39,272 nucleotides of DNA from an uncultured Candidatus Saccharibacteria bacterium (GTDB lineage: Bacteria; Patescibacteriota; Minisyncoccia; Phycocordibacterales; UBA918), in the NCBI GenBank assembly GCA_964494235.1, contig CAZBQV010000001.1, positions 1-39,272 of the forward strand, given 5' to 3'. Under the pieces are notes generated by a model, which searched no databases, was not told the origin of the DNA, and was given only the letters and a program-made list of their open reading frames with translations. Shown piece by piece: positions 24,254 to 32,387 of this stretch. The translations under genes and the position numbers were made by a program. Positions within the stretch are counted from its first letter, which is position 1; each line of letters starts with the position of its first letter.

Positions 24254-24988
24254 TTACGGTGAAAATAATTTGCTATCCCACTTGGGAATGTTTCCAATCT
24301 CGCTCAGATTATCATCAGTTGTAACGACATTCTTCCGCAAAAAAGGCGGCCAGTGCTTCATTGTCCCACGATCTGCAATGGCTGTCTTCTGCATAAACTC
24401 TCCAACATTATTAAAATGTGCGCCCCCCTGGAGACCAATTCCTGCAGCAATGATGTACTCCGCGCGCGGAAAACGCTTCACCGCGTACATGATTGCATCA
24501 AGACCTGTTGAGTGGGAAAGCCAATCCATATCTCCATGAAACAGAATGTCCGGAATAACCTTCGTAACAAAATGACGCAAACCACGAACTCGAATACGTT
24601 CATACATAACCAGAAGAACTCTCCATCCAAGAACGTGCTTCATGAATTGATGACGTTCACGAATTGTATAAACGGTGATCTGTGCGTCTGCAAGCTTGAG
24701 GGTCTCTCGTATAAACGCAACGATATCAACGCCGCCATCTCCAAAGACAATGATCTCGTCAGGGGCTCCCTTTTTGAACGACTCTTGGATATGGGGGTGC
24801 TTCAAAAGTTCTACTCCGGGCACTAGCCCTACGGTACGTGACCCATACCTACGCCGATACTCAAGCGCCAATTCCACCGCACCATTTGCAGCAAGTACTA
24901 CCGGTGCTTCGATCTCAGGAAACTGCGCTTCGGGTTTTGAACCGAGCACGACGACCGTCTGAGTTTCTACACCACGCGAGGAGTCCAT
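24254..24988 (-). CDS. Hypothetical protein; weak resemblance to CMP-sugar (sialyl/Kdo-type) transferase or MptE/DUF115-like fold
   Basis: 244-aa ORF packed in the operon, with 5-nt and 9-nt gaps to its neighbours. Contains VVVLGSKPE...VVLAANGA and LSHSTGLDAIMYAVKRFPRAEYIIAAGIGLQGGAHFN. The functional call is speculative. Confidence 0.55.
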   Translation of the reverse strand: MDSSRGVETQTVVVLGSKPEAQFPEIEAPVVLAANGAVELALEYRRRYGSRTVGLVPGVELLKHPHIQESFKKGAPDEIIVFGDGGVDIVAFIRETLKLADAQITVYTIRERHQFMKHVLGWRVLLVMYERIRVRGLRHFVTKVIPDILFHGDMDWLSHSTGLDAIMYAVKRFPRAEYIIAAGIGLQGGAHFNNVGEFMQKTAIADRGTMKHWPPFLRKNVVTTDDNLSEIGNIPKWDSKLFSP

Positions 24989-24997
24989 ACACAGCCA

Positions 24998-26131
24998 CTA
25001 TAAAATGGCATATAGGGTACGTCCAGCATCAGCTTTCGTAAAGCGACGAGGATTATTGCCTGCGCGTTCAATGGACATGGCCTCGACAAGACCTTCAATA
25101 TGTTCCTTCTCTACGCCAAAGTCGCTCAATCTGAGAGAAAGATCGATGTCTTTTATAAGCTTTTCATAAACGCACACCGCTTCGTCGATACTCTGTGACC
25201 CCAAAAAAGTTTTAATGTTAGCGAGCACACTTTGTACATACGCAACACCACGAGTATCCATCACGTCATCAGAAGACACACTGTCATTAAACCTCAACAG
25301 TTGTGGCAATGTCAGTGACACCGCCTGACCATGAGGGATACCAAACTGAACGGTGAGAGCATATGACATGGCATGACATGCCGTTGTCTTCGAAATATTG
25401 ATGGCTCTCCCCGCAAGATGTGCGGCGCGCGCAAGTGCGCTCCGAGAGGAACGATCTGGATCGAGAACCGCTTTCCTAAGATTACTCAAAATCAGCTCAA
25501 GAGCTTCTGCAGCATATTCTTTTGACTCGTCCGTCGAGTGAATAGACCACATACTTTCAATAGCCTGACAGAGCGCATCAACTCCCGAAAGGGCAGTCTG
25601 CCGCGGGGAGAGAGAGTGCGTAAGCGCAGAATCAACAATCGCATAGTCTGGCATCATATGCGCCTGCGCAAGTGAATATTTTTTCGGACCAATATACACC
25701 GCAGCAAAATGAGTTGCCTCTGCGCCTGTTCCTGCAGTTGTCGGTACCGCAACGACCATTACTCCTTTCTCTGTGAGCGGTGCTTCTCCTTGTATGTACA
25801 CAGCAGGATTCTCATCATGAACCGCAAGAATGGCAATTGATTTTGCAATGTCGATCGCGCTTCCACCACCGATCGCAAGGACCAGATCCGGACTTGTTTC
25901 TCGCATCATTGCAATTCCTTTTTCAATATCTTCGAGCTTTGGATTTGGTGAAAAATTATCAAATATACACACCTCGTGTGCGTGCAAAAGTTGATCACAT
26001 ATTTCCTTCGCGCCTGAGTGGACGAAAGACTCTTTCCCCGTTACAAGCAACACCCGCTTTGGGTTATGTTTAGAAATTATTTCAGAAAGACTTTCTGAAA
26101 ATGGTTTATCAAGATATGCAATCTGCTCCAT
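24998..26131 (-). CDS. Iron-containing (group III) alcohol dehydrogenase, candidate phosphonoacetaldehyde reductase (PhpC-like)
   Basis: 377 aa. Contains LAIGGGSAIDIAKSIA and metal-site histidines in context (ACHAMSYAL...PHGQAV). It lies directly downstream of ppd. Confidence 0.8.
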   Translation of the reverse strand: MEQIAYLDKPFSESLSEIISKHNPKRVLLVTGKESFVHSGAKEICDQLLHAHEVCIFDNFSPNPKLEDIEKGIAMMRETSPDLVLAIGGGSAIDIAKSIAILAVHDENPAVYIQGEAPLTEKGVMVVAVPTTAGTGAEATHFAAVYIGPKKYSLAQAHMMPDYAIVDSALTHSLSPRQTALSGVDALCQAIESMWSIHSTDESKEYAAEALELILSNLRKAVLDPDRSSRSALARAAHLAGRAINISKTTACHAMSYALTVQFGIPHGQAVSLTLPQLLRFNDSVSSDDVMDTRGVAYVQSVLANIKTFLGSQSIDEAVCVYEKLIKDIDLSLRLSDFGVEKEHIEGLVEAMSIERAGNNPRRFTKADAGRTLYAIL

Positions 26132-26160
26132 ATGTCACGCGTACGATACCACACTACTGT

Positions 26161-27285
26161 CTACGATTTCAAAAACTTTTCAAAATCCTGCTTATTTTCG
26201 ACAGGAGAACGTGTTGGCCTTCCGAGATCGTCTCGAGACCCACCAGAAATACGTACTTCAATGAACACCGGTCCTTCTTCATGTTCACTACCTTTAAAAA
26301 TGGACTGGATCCCGTCTCGATTGTCCACGCGCAGTACTTTTTTATACCCACAGGCGTGCGCAACTTCACACAAATCTGTTTTGAACGCAACGGTAGCCTG
26401 TCCTCCGACCGATTCGTGCATGCCATTATTGAACACAACATGTATGAAATTCTTTGGCGCACGCGCGCCGATTGTCGCCATACCACCAAGATGCATGAGC
26501 GCCGCGCCATCTCCATCAAAACAGTACACGCGCTTTGATGTAGCCTGTGCGGCACCAAGCGCAATTTGCGAAGCATGGCCCATTGATCCAACAGTAAGAA
26601 AATCACGCATATGGCCTTCATTCCGCTGCTTTCGTAGTTCAAATAACTCACGAGAAAGTTTCCCTGTCGTTGATACCACCACTGAATCTACACCCACCAA
26701 AGGCAAAATCTCTGCAACCGCTTGTTCACGAGTGAGCCTGTATGTTTCTTTTTTCGCGTGCACAGATGCGTACGCACTAAACGTATCCTTCCGGACAACT
26801 AGTGCATACGGCATATTTTTTTCTCGCGCAGTTTTAATTGCCGTAGAGACTTCTGCCGATACCTCCTCGAGAGAATTTGAGAGAACGACATATGGAATCT
26901 CAAGCGCCTCCAGAAGTCTTGGGGTAATCTTCCCCATCTTGATGTGCTGCGGTTCATCCTTTACGTCTGGCTCCCCGCGCCACCCAACAAGCAGGAGCAT
27001 CGGAATCTGGTACACTTCAGCATCTGCAAGCGAGACGAGTGGATTTACCGCATTCCCCAATCCCGAATTCTGCATATACACAAGCGGTACGCCTCCAGTC
27101 GCAAGATGATGCCCTGCAGCGATTGCGACTGCAGCCCCCTCATTGACTGCAATGAGATGGTCCTGCTCCCCTCCATGGTCGTCAACATACGCACAAAAAT
27201 CCTTGAGCAAAGAATCGGGCACCCCCGTAAAAAAACCAACACTTTGCGTTTTCAGGAGGTTAAAAAAATCTGCTGGATTAACCAT
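26161..27285 (-). CDS. ppd: Phosphonopyruvate decarboxylase (TPP-dependent)
   Basis: Contains FFTGVPDSLLKDF and GSMGHASQIALGAA. TPP motif GDG-x25-NN (GDGAALMHLGGMATIGARAPKNFIHVVFNN). I chose the start at ATG 27285 (MVNPADFF), 4 nt after the pepM stop, rather than the TTG at 27306. Confidence 0.9.
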   Translation of the reverse strand: MVNPADFFNLLKTQSVGFFTGVPDSLLKDFCAYVDDHGGEQDHLIAVNEGAAVAIAAGHHLATGGVPLVYMQNSGLGNAVNPLVSLADAEVYQIPMLLLVGWRGEPDVKDEPQHIKMGKITPRLLEALEIPYVVLSNSLEEVSAEVSTAIKTAREKNMPYALVVRKDTFSAYASVHAKKETYRLTREQAVAEILPLVGVDSVVVSTTGKLSRELFELRKQRNEGHMRDFLTVGSMGHASQIALGAAQATSKRVYCFDGDGAALMHLGGMATIGARAPKNFIHVVFNNGMHESVGGQATVAFKTDLCEVAHACGYKKVLRVDNRDGIQSIFKGSEHEEGPVFIEVRISGGSRDDLGRPTRSPVENKQDFEKFLKS

Positions 27286-27289
27286 ACGA

Positions 27290-28630
27290 TTACTTTCCAC
27301 CCTCAATAAGGGTCAGGATGTCTTTGATCGGCATACAGTATTCGTCGTCCACTTCCTGGGCGCGACTGTTTTTTAGAATTGACTCTGCAGTTCGCATCAT
27401 TGCAGGATATGCACTTCGAAGGAGCTGATTGGCATAAATCACCATGTTTACACCTGCCTTCTCGAGTTCTTTTTCTGTTACAGACGCATACGTTGAAGGG
27501 ACGGCAACAAGCGGCGTATCGCCGCGAAACTTCTTGAATTCTTTACAGAAATCAAAAATCTCCTTCGGACTCTTCTCTTTGCTGTGAATCATAATCGCTC
27601 CCGCCCCTGCCTCAATATACGCTCGCGCGCGCGCAAGCGCGTCCTCAAGCCCCTTTCCGAGAATGAGGCTTTCGATGCGCGCGATAATCATAAAGTCATC
27701 CGTTACCCGCGCCCGATTCCCCGTCTTTATCTTTTCACAAAAATTTTCAATTGAATCTTGCTCTTGCTCAACCTCCGTACCAAAGAGAGAATTTTTCTTG
27801 AGACCGTGCTTGTCCTCAATGATAATCGCTGAAACACCGAGTCGTTCAAGTGAACGAACAGTATATGGGAAATGTTCAAGGAGACCTCCTGTGTCACCGT
27901 CATACACAATCGGTTTCGTCGTAACCTCGAGAATATCAGAGACTGTACCTAATCTCGACGAGACATCAACAAGTTCGATATCAGGCTTCCCTTTATTGGT
28001 CGAATCAGTGAGGCTTGAGAGCCACATAAAATCAAACTCTTTCCGGATATTCTTTTCTTTAATGAATACATGCTCTGCAATCAGTGCAGAGAGTCCGCTG
28101 TGTGCTTCAATTCCGCGAATAAGCGGGCGCGCTTTGAGGAGCCGTCGCAAGCGCTCAAGTCTAATTTTCGGCGTGGTCCCAACCTCCTTTAAACTCTTGT
28201 TAAGCTGCGTCGAGGAAATACCCTCCGTATATGCAGGCTCAATAAGCTTTCCTCCCCACTTTTTTAAAACCCCAATAACTTGCTTGCGCGTTTTCTGCTG
28301 AACTCCTGTTTTCCAATCATCACCGTGAACGACATAGTCGGGTTTGAACTTCTCAAGATTTGGTCGGTAATCAAGTGTCTCCTGCGGCACAACGCGTGCG
28401 ACACCTTTTATATTCTCTATTACCGCCCTTCGTTGCTCAAAACTCATGTACGGCAACCGCTTATAGCTCGCAATCGCAGCATCAGTCAGGAGCCCGACCG
28501 TAACTACGCCATACTTTGTACCTTCCTTGATAATCTTGAGATGGCCCGGATGTACGAGATCCGCACTCATAGCGATATAGACAGTTTTCTTACCGCGCCC
28601 CTTTTTAGGAGAAACTGATTTTTTTGCCAT
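27290..28630 (-). CDS. pepM: Fusion protein: HxGH-type cytidylyltransferase (TagD-like) and phosphoenolpyruvate mutase
   Basis: N-terminal domain: [12 protein letters not shown] and [10 protein letters not shown], which match the HxGH and RTEGISTS-type cytidylyltransferase signatures. C-terminal domain: [22 protein letters not shown], and [13 protein letters not shown], which matches the PepM-specific EDK-x5-NS motif. I chose the start at ATG 28630 (MAKKSV). Confidence 0.9.
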   Translation of the reverse strand: MAKKSVSPKKGRGKKTVYIAMSADLVHPGHLKIIKEGTKYGVVTVGLLTDAAIASYKRLPYMSFEQRRAVIENIKGVARVVPQETLDYRPNLEKFKPDYVVHGDDWKTGVQQKTRKQVIGVLKKWGGKLIEPAYTEGISSTQLNKSLKEVGTTPKIRLERLRRLLKARPLIRGIEAHSGLSALIAEHVFIKEKNIRKEFDFMWLSSLTDSTNKGKPDIELVDVSSRLGTVSDILEVTTKPIVYDGDTGGLLEHFPYTVRSLERLGVSAIIIEDKHGLKKNSLFGTEVEQEQDSIENFCEKIKTGNRARVTDDFMIIARIESLILGKGLEDALARARAYIEAGAGAIMIHSKEKSPKEIFDFCKEFKKFRGDTPLVAVPSTYASVTEKELEKAGVNMVIYANQLLRSAYPAMMRTAESILKNSRAQEVDDEYCMPIKDILTLIEGGK

Positions 28631-28638
28631 ATCGTCCA

Positions 28639-28644
28639 AGTATA
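28639..28644 (-). promoter_or_regulatory. -10-like TATACT, 8 nt upstream of the ATG at 28630 (head of the phosphonate operon)
   Basis: The minus strand reads CTATGTATACT-TGGACGAT-ATGGCAAAAAAA. The alternative TTG start at 28639 would lie inside this hexamer. Confidence 0.4.
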
Positions 28645-28745
28645 CATAGGAAAGGTAGATTTTCTAGCCTCTCGCCAACCCCTTAATCCTTCGTACGTTA
28701 CGACTCAAGCTTTCCACGCTATACTACCCTAAAATTACACGATAT

Positions 28746-29954
28746 ATGCCTCCATTCTTCAGAAAAATAAAAACCCCATTAATCCTCCTCTTGAGCTGGA
28801 TGATGTATCCCCTCTCCTGGCTTTCACCGCGAAGTAATCAGATTTGGATCTTTGTTGGATGGCACAAAAGCGCAGATCGAGAGATATTTGCCGACAATTC
28901 AAAATATCTTTTTTTATATACCACCGAACATCATAAAGAAATTCGGTCAATTTGGATTGCTGAGGACGACAATATGCGTGATCAACTTCGAGCACACGGG
29001 TATGAGAGCTATACAGTGACTTCGTGGCTCGGACTCTATTACTCACTTCGAGCCGGATACACAATCATCGATGCGAACATGCGCCTCTTTAATTGGCGCG
29101 CGAGCGGACGAAGTAAAGTCATTCAACTCTGGCACGCAGATGGTATCAAAGGACTCGAGCTCGGGAGTTCATGGAAACTCTCAAAGTTCCGAGAAATCAT
29201 CATCTCGCCCGGGCTCTTCCGACGCATATACTTCTTTATCGCATCTTCACCATACATTGCAACAAATTTTATTTGCCCAAGCTTTGATGTGCCAAGAGAA
29301 CGTGTTCGTATCACCGGTCTCCCTCGCTACGACATATTCTTCAAACACATCCGTAACGCTGATATAGATATACATCAAGACCTCGATGAGGCACTGCAAA
29401 AAGTACGAGCCATGCACCCTTCACGTATTCTGCTCTATGCGCCAACATTTCGCCGAGGCAAAGATGCAGATTCGCCCCTTGCACAACTTGATCTCTCGAA
29501 GCTCAATACTTTTCTTTCAGAAAGAAACGATTTTCTTTTCATATCTCTCCATCCAAAATTCTCAACAACCGAATGGCTCCCGAAAGAGACCTTCTCACAC
29601 ATATCGTTCGTTAATCCCGATTTTGACAAATACCCTCTTCTCCCAAGGTTTGATCTCGTCATCACTGATTACTCATCGCTCTGTCTTGAATTCCTCCTTC
29701 TTGATAAACCAAGTATATTTTTTGTCTATGATTTTGATGAATACCGAAAAGACCCCGGCATTCCTGAAGATTTCTGGAATCTAGTACCCGGTCCACGACC
29801 ACGCACTTTTGATGACCTCCTCAGGGCACTTACTGAAACATCAGCAACTCGCTCTGAGGAACGCAAAAAGGCTCGAGAAATTCTCTTCATATTCAAGCCA
29901 GGAGAGGCTTCAAAGAATGTTGCGCATGAGATTCTCAAAGACAGCGCAGCGTAG
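28746..29954 (+). CDS. CDP-glycerol glycerophosphotransferase family protein (TagB/TagF-like)
   Basis: 402 aa. Contains FADNSKYLFLY, IQLWHADGIKG, LLYAPTFRRGKD and VITDYSSLCLEFLLLDKPSIFFVYDFDEY. Confidence 0.85.
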   Translation: MPPFFRKIKTPLILLLSWMMYPLSWLSPRSNQIWIFVGWHKSADREIFADNSKYLFLYTTEHHKEIRSIWIAEDDNMRDQLRAHGYESYTVTSWLGLYYSLRAGYTIIDANMRLFNWRASGRSKVIQLWHADGIKGLELGSSWKLSKFREIIISPGLFRRIYFFIASSPYIATNFICPSFDVPRERVRITGLPRYDIFFKHIRNADIDIHQDLDEALQKVRAMHPSRILLYAPTFRRGKDADSPLAQLDLSKLNTFLSERNDFLFISLHPKFSTTEWLPKETFSHISFVNPDFDKYPLLPRFDLVITDYSSLCLEFLLLDKPSIFFVYDFDEYRKDPGIPEDFWNLVPGPRPRTFDDLLRALTETSATRSEERKKAREILFIFKPGEASKNVAHEILKDSAA

Positions 29955-29959
29955 AAGAA

Positions 29960-31096
29960 CTATGACTGAACAGATTCCTTAAAGAGAGTTTCGTATTTTC
30001 TAGTAATACTCTCGAGGTCATACATTTTTGCCTTCGCGCGCGCCGCATTCCTTCTCAACTGTTGTTCTTCCTCTGTCGCACCGGCGAGAATCTCCATCGT
30101 GCGCGCAATATCATCCGCATCATCAGAGACAATGAAGCCTGTGCGATTTTCGTCGATGTACTCTTCTGCCCCTGATACTCGTGTCGAGATAACAGGTAAA
30201 CCCGCAGAGAGCGCCTCGACAACAGCAACACTAAACCCCTCAAAGCGCGACGTAAGAACAAAAAAATCACTTGCAGCATAATAGTCTGCGACATTCTTTT
30301 TTATGCCTGGCAGAACCACAAGGTCGCGCAACCCAAGTGACGTAATATGTTGCTCCAGCTGTGGTCGCAAGATACCTTCCCCAAGGATGACCAGACGATA
30401 ACCTTCCACACGCTCTGAGAAATGTTTAAAGGCAGTTACCAATAATTGTTGATTTTTTTGATGAATAAGCTGTCCAACATTGATAATAAGCCGATCATCA
30501 GGACGGAATCCAAGCTCTTTCTTAAGTGCAACTACGTCTGCCGAAGCAAGCTTTCGAATCATTTCCTCCACGTCCACACCGTTATGAATAACAGTGAATT
30601 TTTTGCGAGATATTCGCTCTTGTGCGGCAGTGAACTCGGCAACATAGTTTGAGACAGCAACAATTCGGTATGTGATATACGACAATATCCAGTCAACGAC
30701 TTTCTGAAAAGTGGTCTTCCACGTGTACGTATTCTGCTCAGTCACAATGACTTTATAGCCCGTAAGCGGCTTCAATACGCGAAAAATTGTATTACTAAAG
30801 AAAAAACTTGACCACACGACATCTGGCCGAATGTGCTTAAGTAGTTTATAGAGGCGCAGTAATTCCTTCACATCTGCAATTCTCTGAAAATAAAAGCGAT
30901 GTACTGAGATGTCAGCGGGAAGCAGATTATAGAATGACTCTTGTTCATCAAACTGAATGAGCGTTACAAGATGGATTTCAAAAGTAGCCCGATCAGTGCG
31001 CGCCAATACATCAGCGACGATTTTCTGTCCTCCACCGATACGAAAATCATTGATTCCAACTACTAATCGAAGTTTATTCTGACGAAATTTGTCCAT
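29960..31096 (-). CDS. Glycosyltransferase family 4
   Basis: 378 aa. GT-B/GT4 C-terminal domain: VILGEGILRPQLE...FVLTSRFEGFSVAVVEALSAGLPVISTRVSGAEEYI. Confidence 0.85.
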   Translation of the reverse strand: MDKFRQNKLRLVVGINDFRIGGGQKIVADVLARTDRATFEIHLVTLIQFDEQESFYNLLPADISVHRFYFQRIADVKELLRLYKLLKHIRPDVVWSSFFFSNTIFRVLKPLTGYKVIVTEQNTYTWKTTFQKVVDWILSYITYRIVAVSNYVAEFTAAQERISRKKFTVIHNGVDVEEMIRKLASADVVALKKELGFRPDDRLIINVGQLIHQKNQQLLVTAFKHFSERVEGYRLVILGEGILRPQLEQHITSLGLRDLVVLPGIKKNVADYYAASDFFVLTSRFEGFSVAVVEALSAGLPVISTRVSGAEEYIDENRTGFIVSDDADDIARTMEILAGATEEEQQLRRNAARAKAKMYDLESITRKYETLFKESVQS

Positions 31097-31101
31097 ACAA
31101 A

Positions 31102-31722
31102 TTACTTGCGTGCCACGATGATGTATCCGAGCGGGTAATATTCTTTTGAAAAATAGCTATTCGACTTTATGAACGAAATCAATGCATCACCCATACGTGC
31201 GCACGCCTTTCCAAATCTCTGTATCATCGAATACCGATAAAGGTTGTGTCGCAACTGGTACGATGCCCCGCATACTCCCGTTCCAATAGTGCGGACTTCT
31301 ATGTCTGAAAATCCTGTTTCTTTAAAAAGCCGCTCAAGCGTTGCTTCTGTGAAGCGCCAATGATCACGTGGACTTGGGTGGATCTGAATCAAAAATGGCA
31401 CTGCGTATACCGACAAGCCATCATTCTTTAAAATTCTCCAACTTTCATTGAGCAGTGTCTGATAATTGAAGATGTGCTCAAGCACATTCAGACACACGAC
31501 CCCATCATACGATCCATCCTTAAGAGGAAGTAGCTGCTCAAGATTGCAGATGATGTCTCTCGAGTCATCCCCATCAAGATTTGCAACAGTGATTGTGTGA
31601 TCACCTTTAAAGAGAGCGTGGTAACCGGATCTGCGCGATCCACCAAGATCAATAATGTCTCCATTCAGGGAAATCTTTGTGAGCTCCTCATAGAGCATTT
31701 CTCTCCATAATGACTGACTCAT
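31102..31722 (-). CDS. Class I SAM-dependent methyltransferase
   Basis: 206 aa. Contains IIDLGGSRRSGY, DGVVCLNVLEHI and LKNDGLSVYAVP. Confidence 0.8.
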   Translation of the reverse strand: MSQSLWREMLYEELTKISLNGDIIDLGGSRRSGYHALFKGDHTITVANLDGDDSRDIICNLEQLLPLKDGSYDGVVCLNVLEHIFNYQTLLNESWRILKNDGLSVYAVPFLIQIHPSPRDHWRFTEATLERLFKETGFSDIEVRTIGTGVCGASYQLRHNLYRYSMIQRFGKACARMGDALISFIKSNSYFSKEYYPLGYIIVARK

Positions 31723-32378
31723 GATTTTTTTGGTGACGAAGCTTCAAACAGAAGCATGAACGAAAAGAAACCTGGGAAAAACCGATCGAGCCATGCATAT
31801 TTTCCAAGCGGCGTTATGCGCACCTCCTTAAAATTATTTTTAAGGAGGTGCGCAAGCTCTTTCCTAGAGAAGTGGTTGATGTGCGTTGGATCAGCCAACG
31901 GAGTTCCGGATTTCTTTCCAAAGAACAGACGTACCCTATTTGCAAGACTAAACGCGTTCGGCACCGATCCAAGGAATACACCGTCTTTCACTAACACCCT
32001 GCATACCTTTGCGCATACCCGTTCCGGATAATACAAATGCTCAAGAACCTCTCCTGCAACGACAACATCAAAGGTGCCTTCTGGAATGTCCCACTCCCCA
32101 TGAAGATCCATGTGTTTTGTTTTTATTCCCAATTCACGCTCCAGTCTTAGAAGTGCCTCTCGGTCGATATCAACCCCAAGCACCTCATTTCCTTTATAAA
32201 ACTCGCGTGTGAGTTCGCCGTCACGACAACCAATATCAAGAATGCGTTTGCCGGTACCAATGCGAGACCTCAAAAATTCTCCACGAATACCTCCAAAAAG
32301 AGTTGTTCCTCTCCGGTGCCCGGTCGTATGGTGCGTTTGGTAGGTGTGCTCAATGCCTGTGAGAGAATGAGATTTCAT
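31719..32378 (-). CDS. Class I SAM-dependent methyltransferase
   Basis: 219 aa. Contains RILDIGCRDGELT, DVVVAGEVLEHL and LVKDGVFLGSVPN. 4-nt overlap with the next gene. Confidence 0.8.
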   Translation of the reverse strand: MKSHSLTGIEHTYQTHHTTGHRRGTTLFGGIRGEFLRSRIGTGKRILDIGCRDGELTREFYKGNEVLGVDIDREALLRLERELGIKTKHMDLHGEWDIPEGTFDVVVAGEVLEHLYYPERVCAKVCRVLVKDGVFLGSVPNAFSLANRVRLFFGKKSGTPLADPTHINHFSRKELAHLLKNNFKEVRITPLGKYAWLDRFFPGFFSFMLLFEASSPKKS

Positions 32379-32387
32379 AGCAATATT

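Noticed and set aside
26132-27109. Long plus-strand ORF (325 aa). Similar long antisense ORFs occur at 4466-5200, 9313-9882, 12160-12666, 12769-13332, 16254-16958, 19732-20613, 23964-24539, 27663-28301 and 34969-35601.
   Set aside because: Each lies entirely opposite a gene with clear family signatures (ppd, gatB, secA, pepM and others). Their translations are Arg/Ser/Cys/Pro-rich with no recognisable motifs. They are shadow ORFs typical of mid-GC coding DNA.
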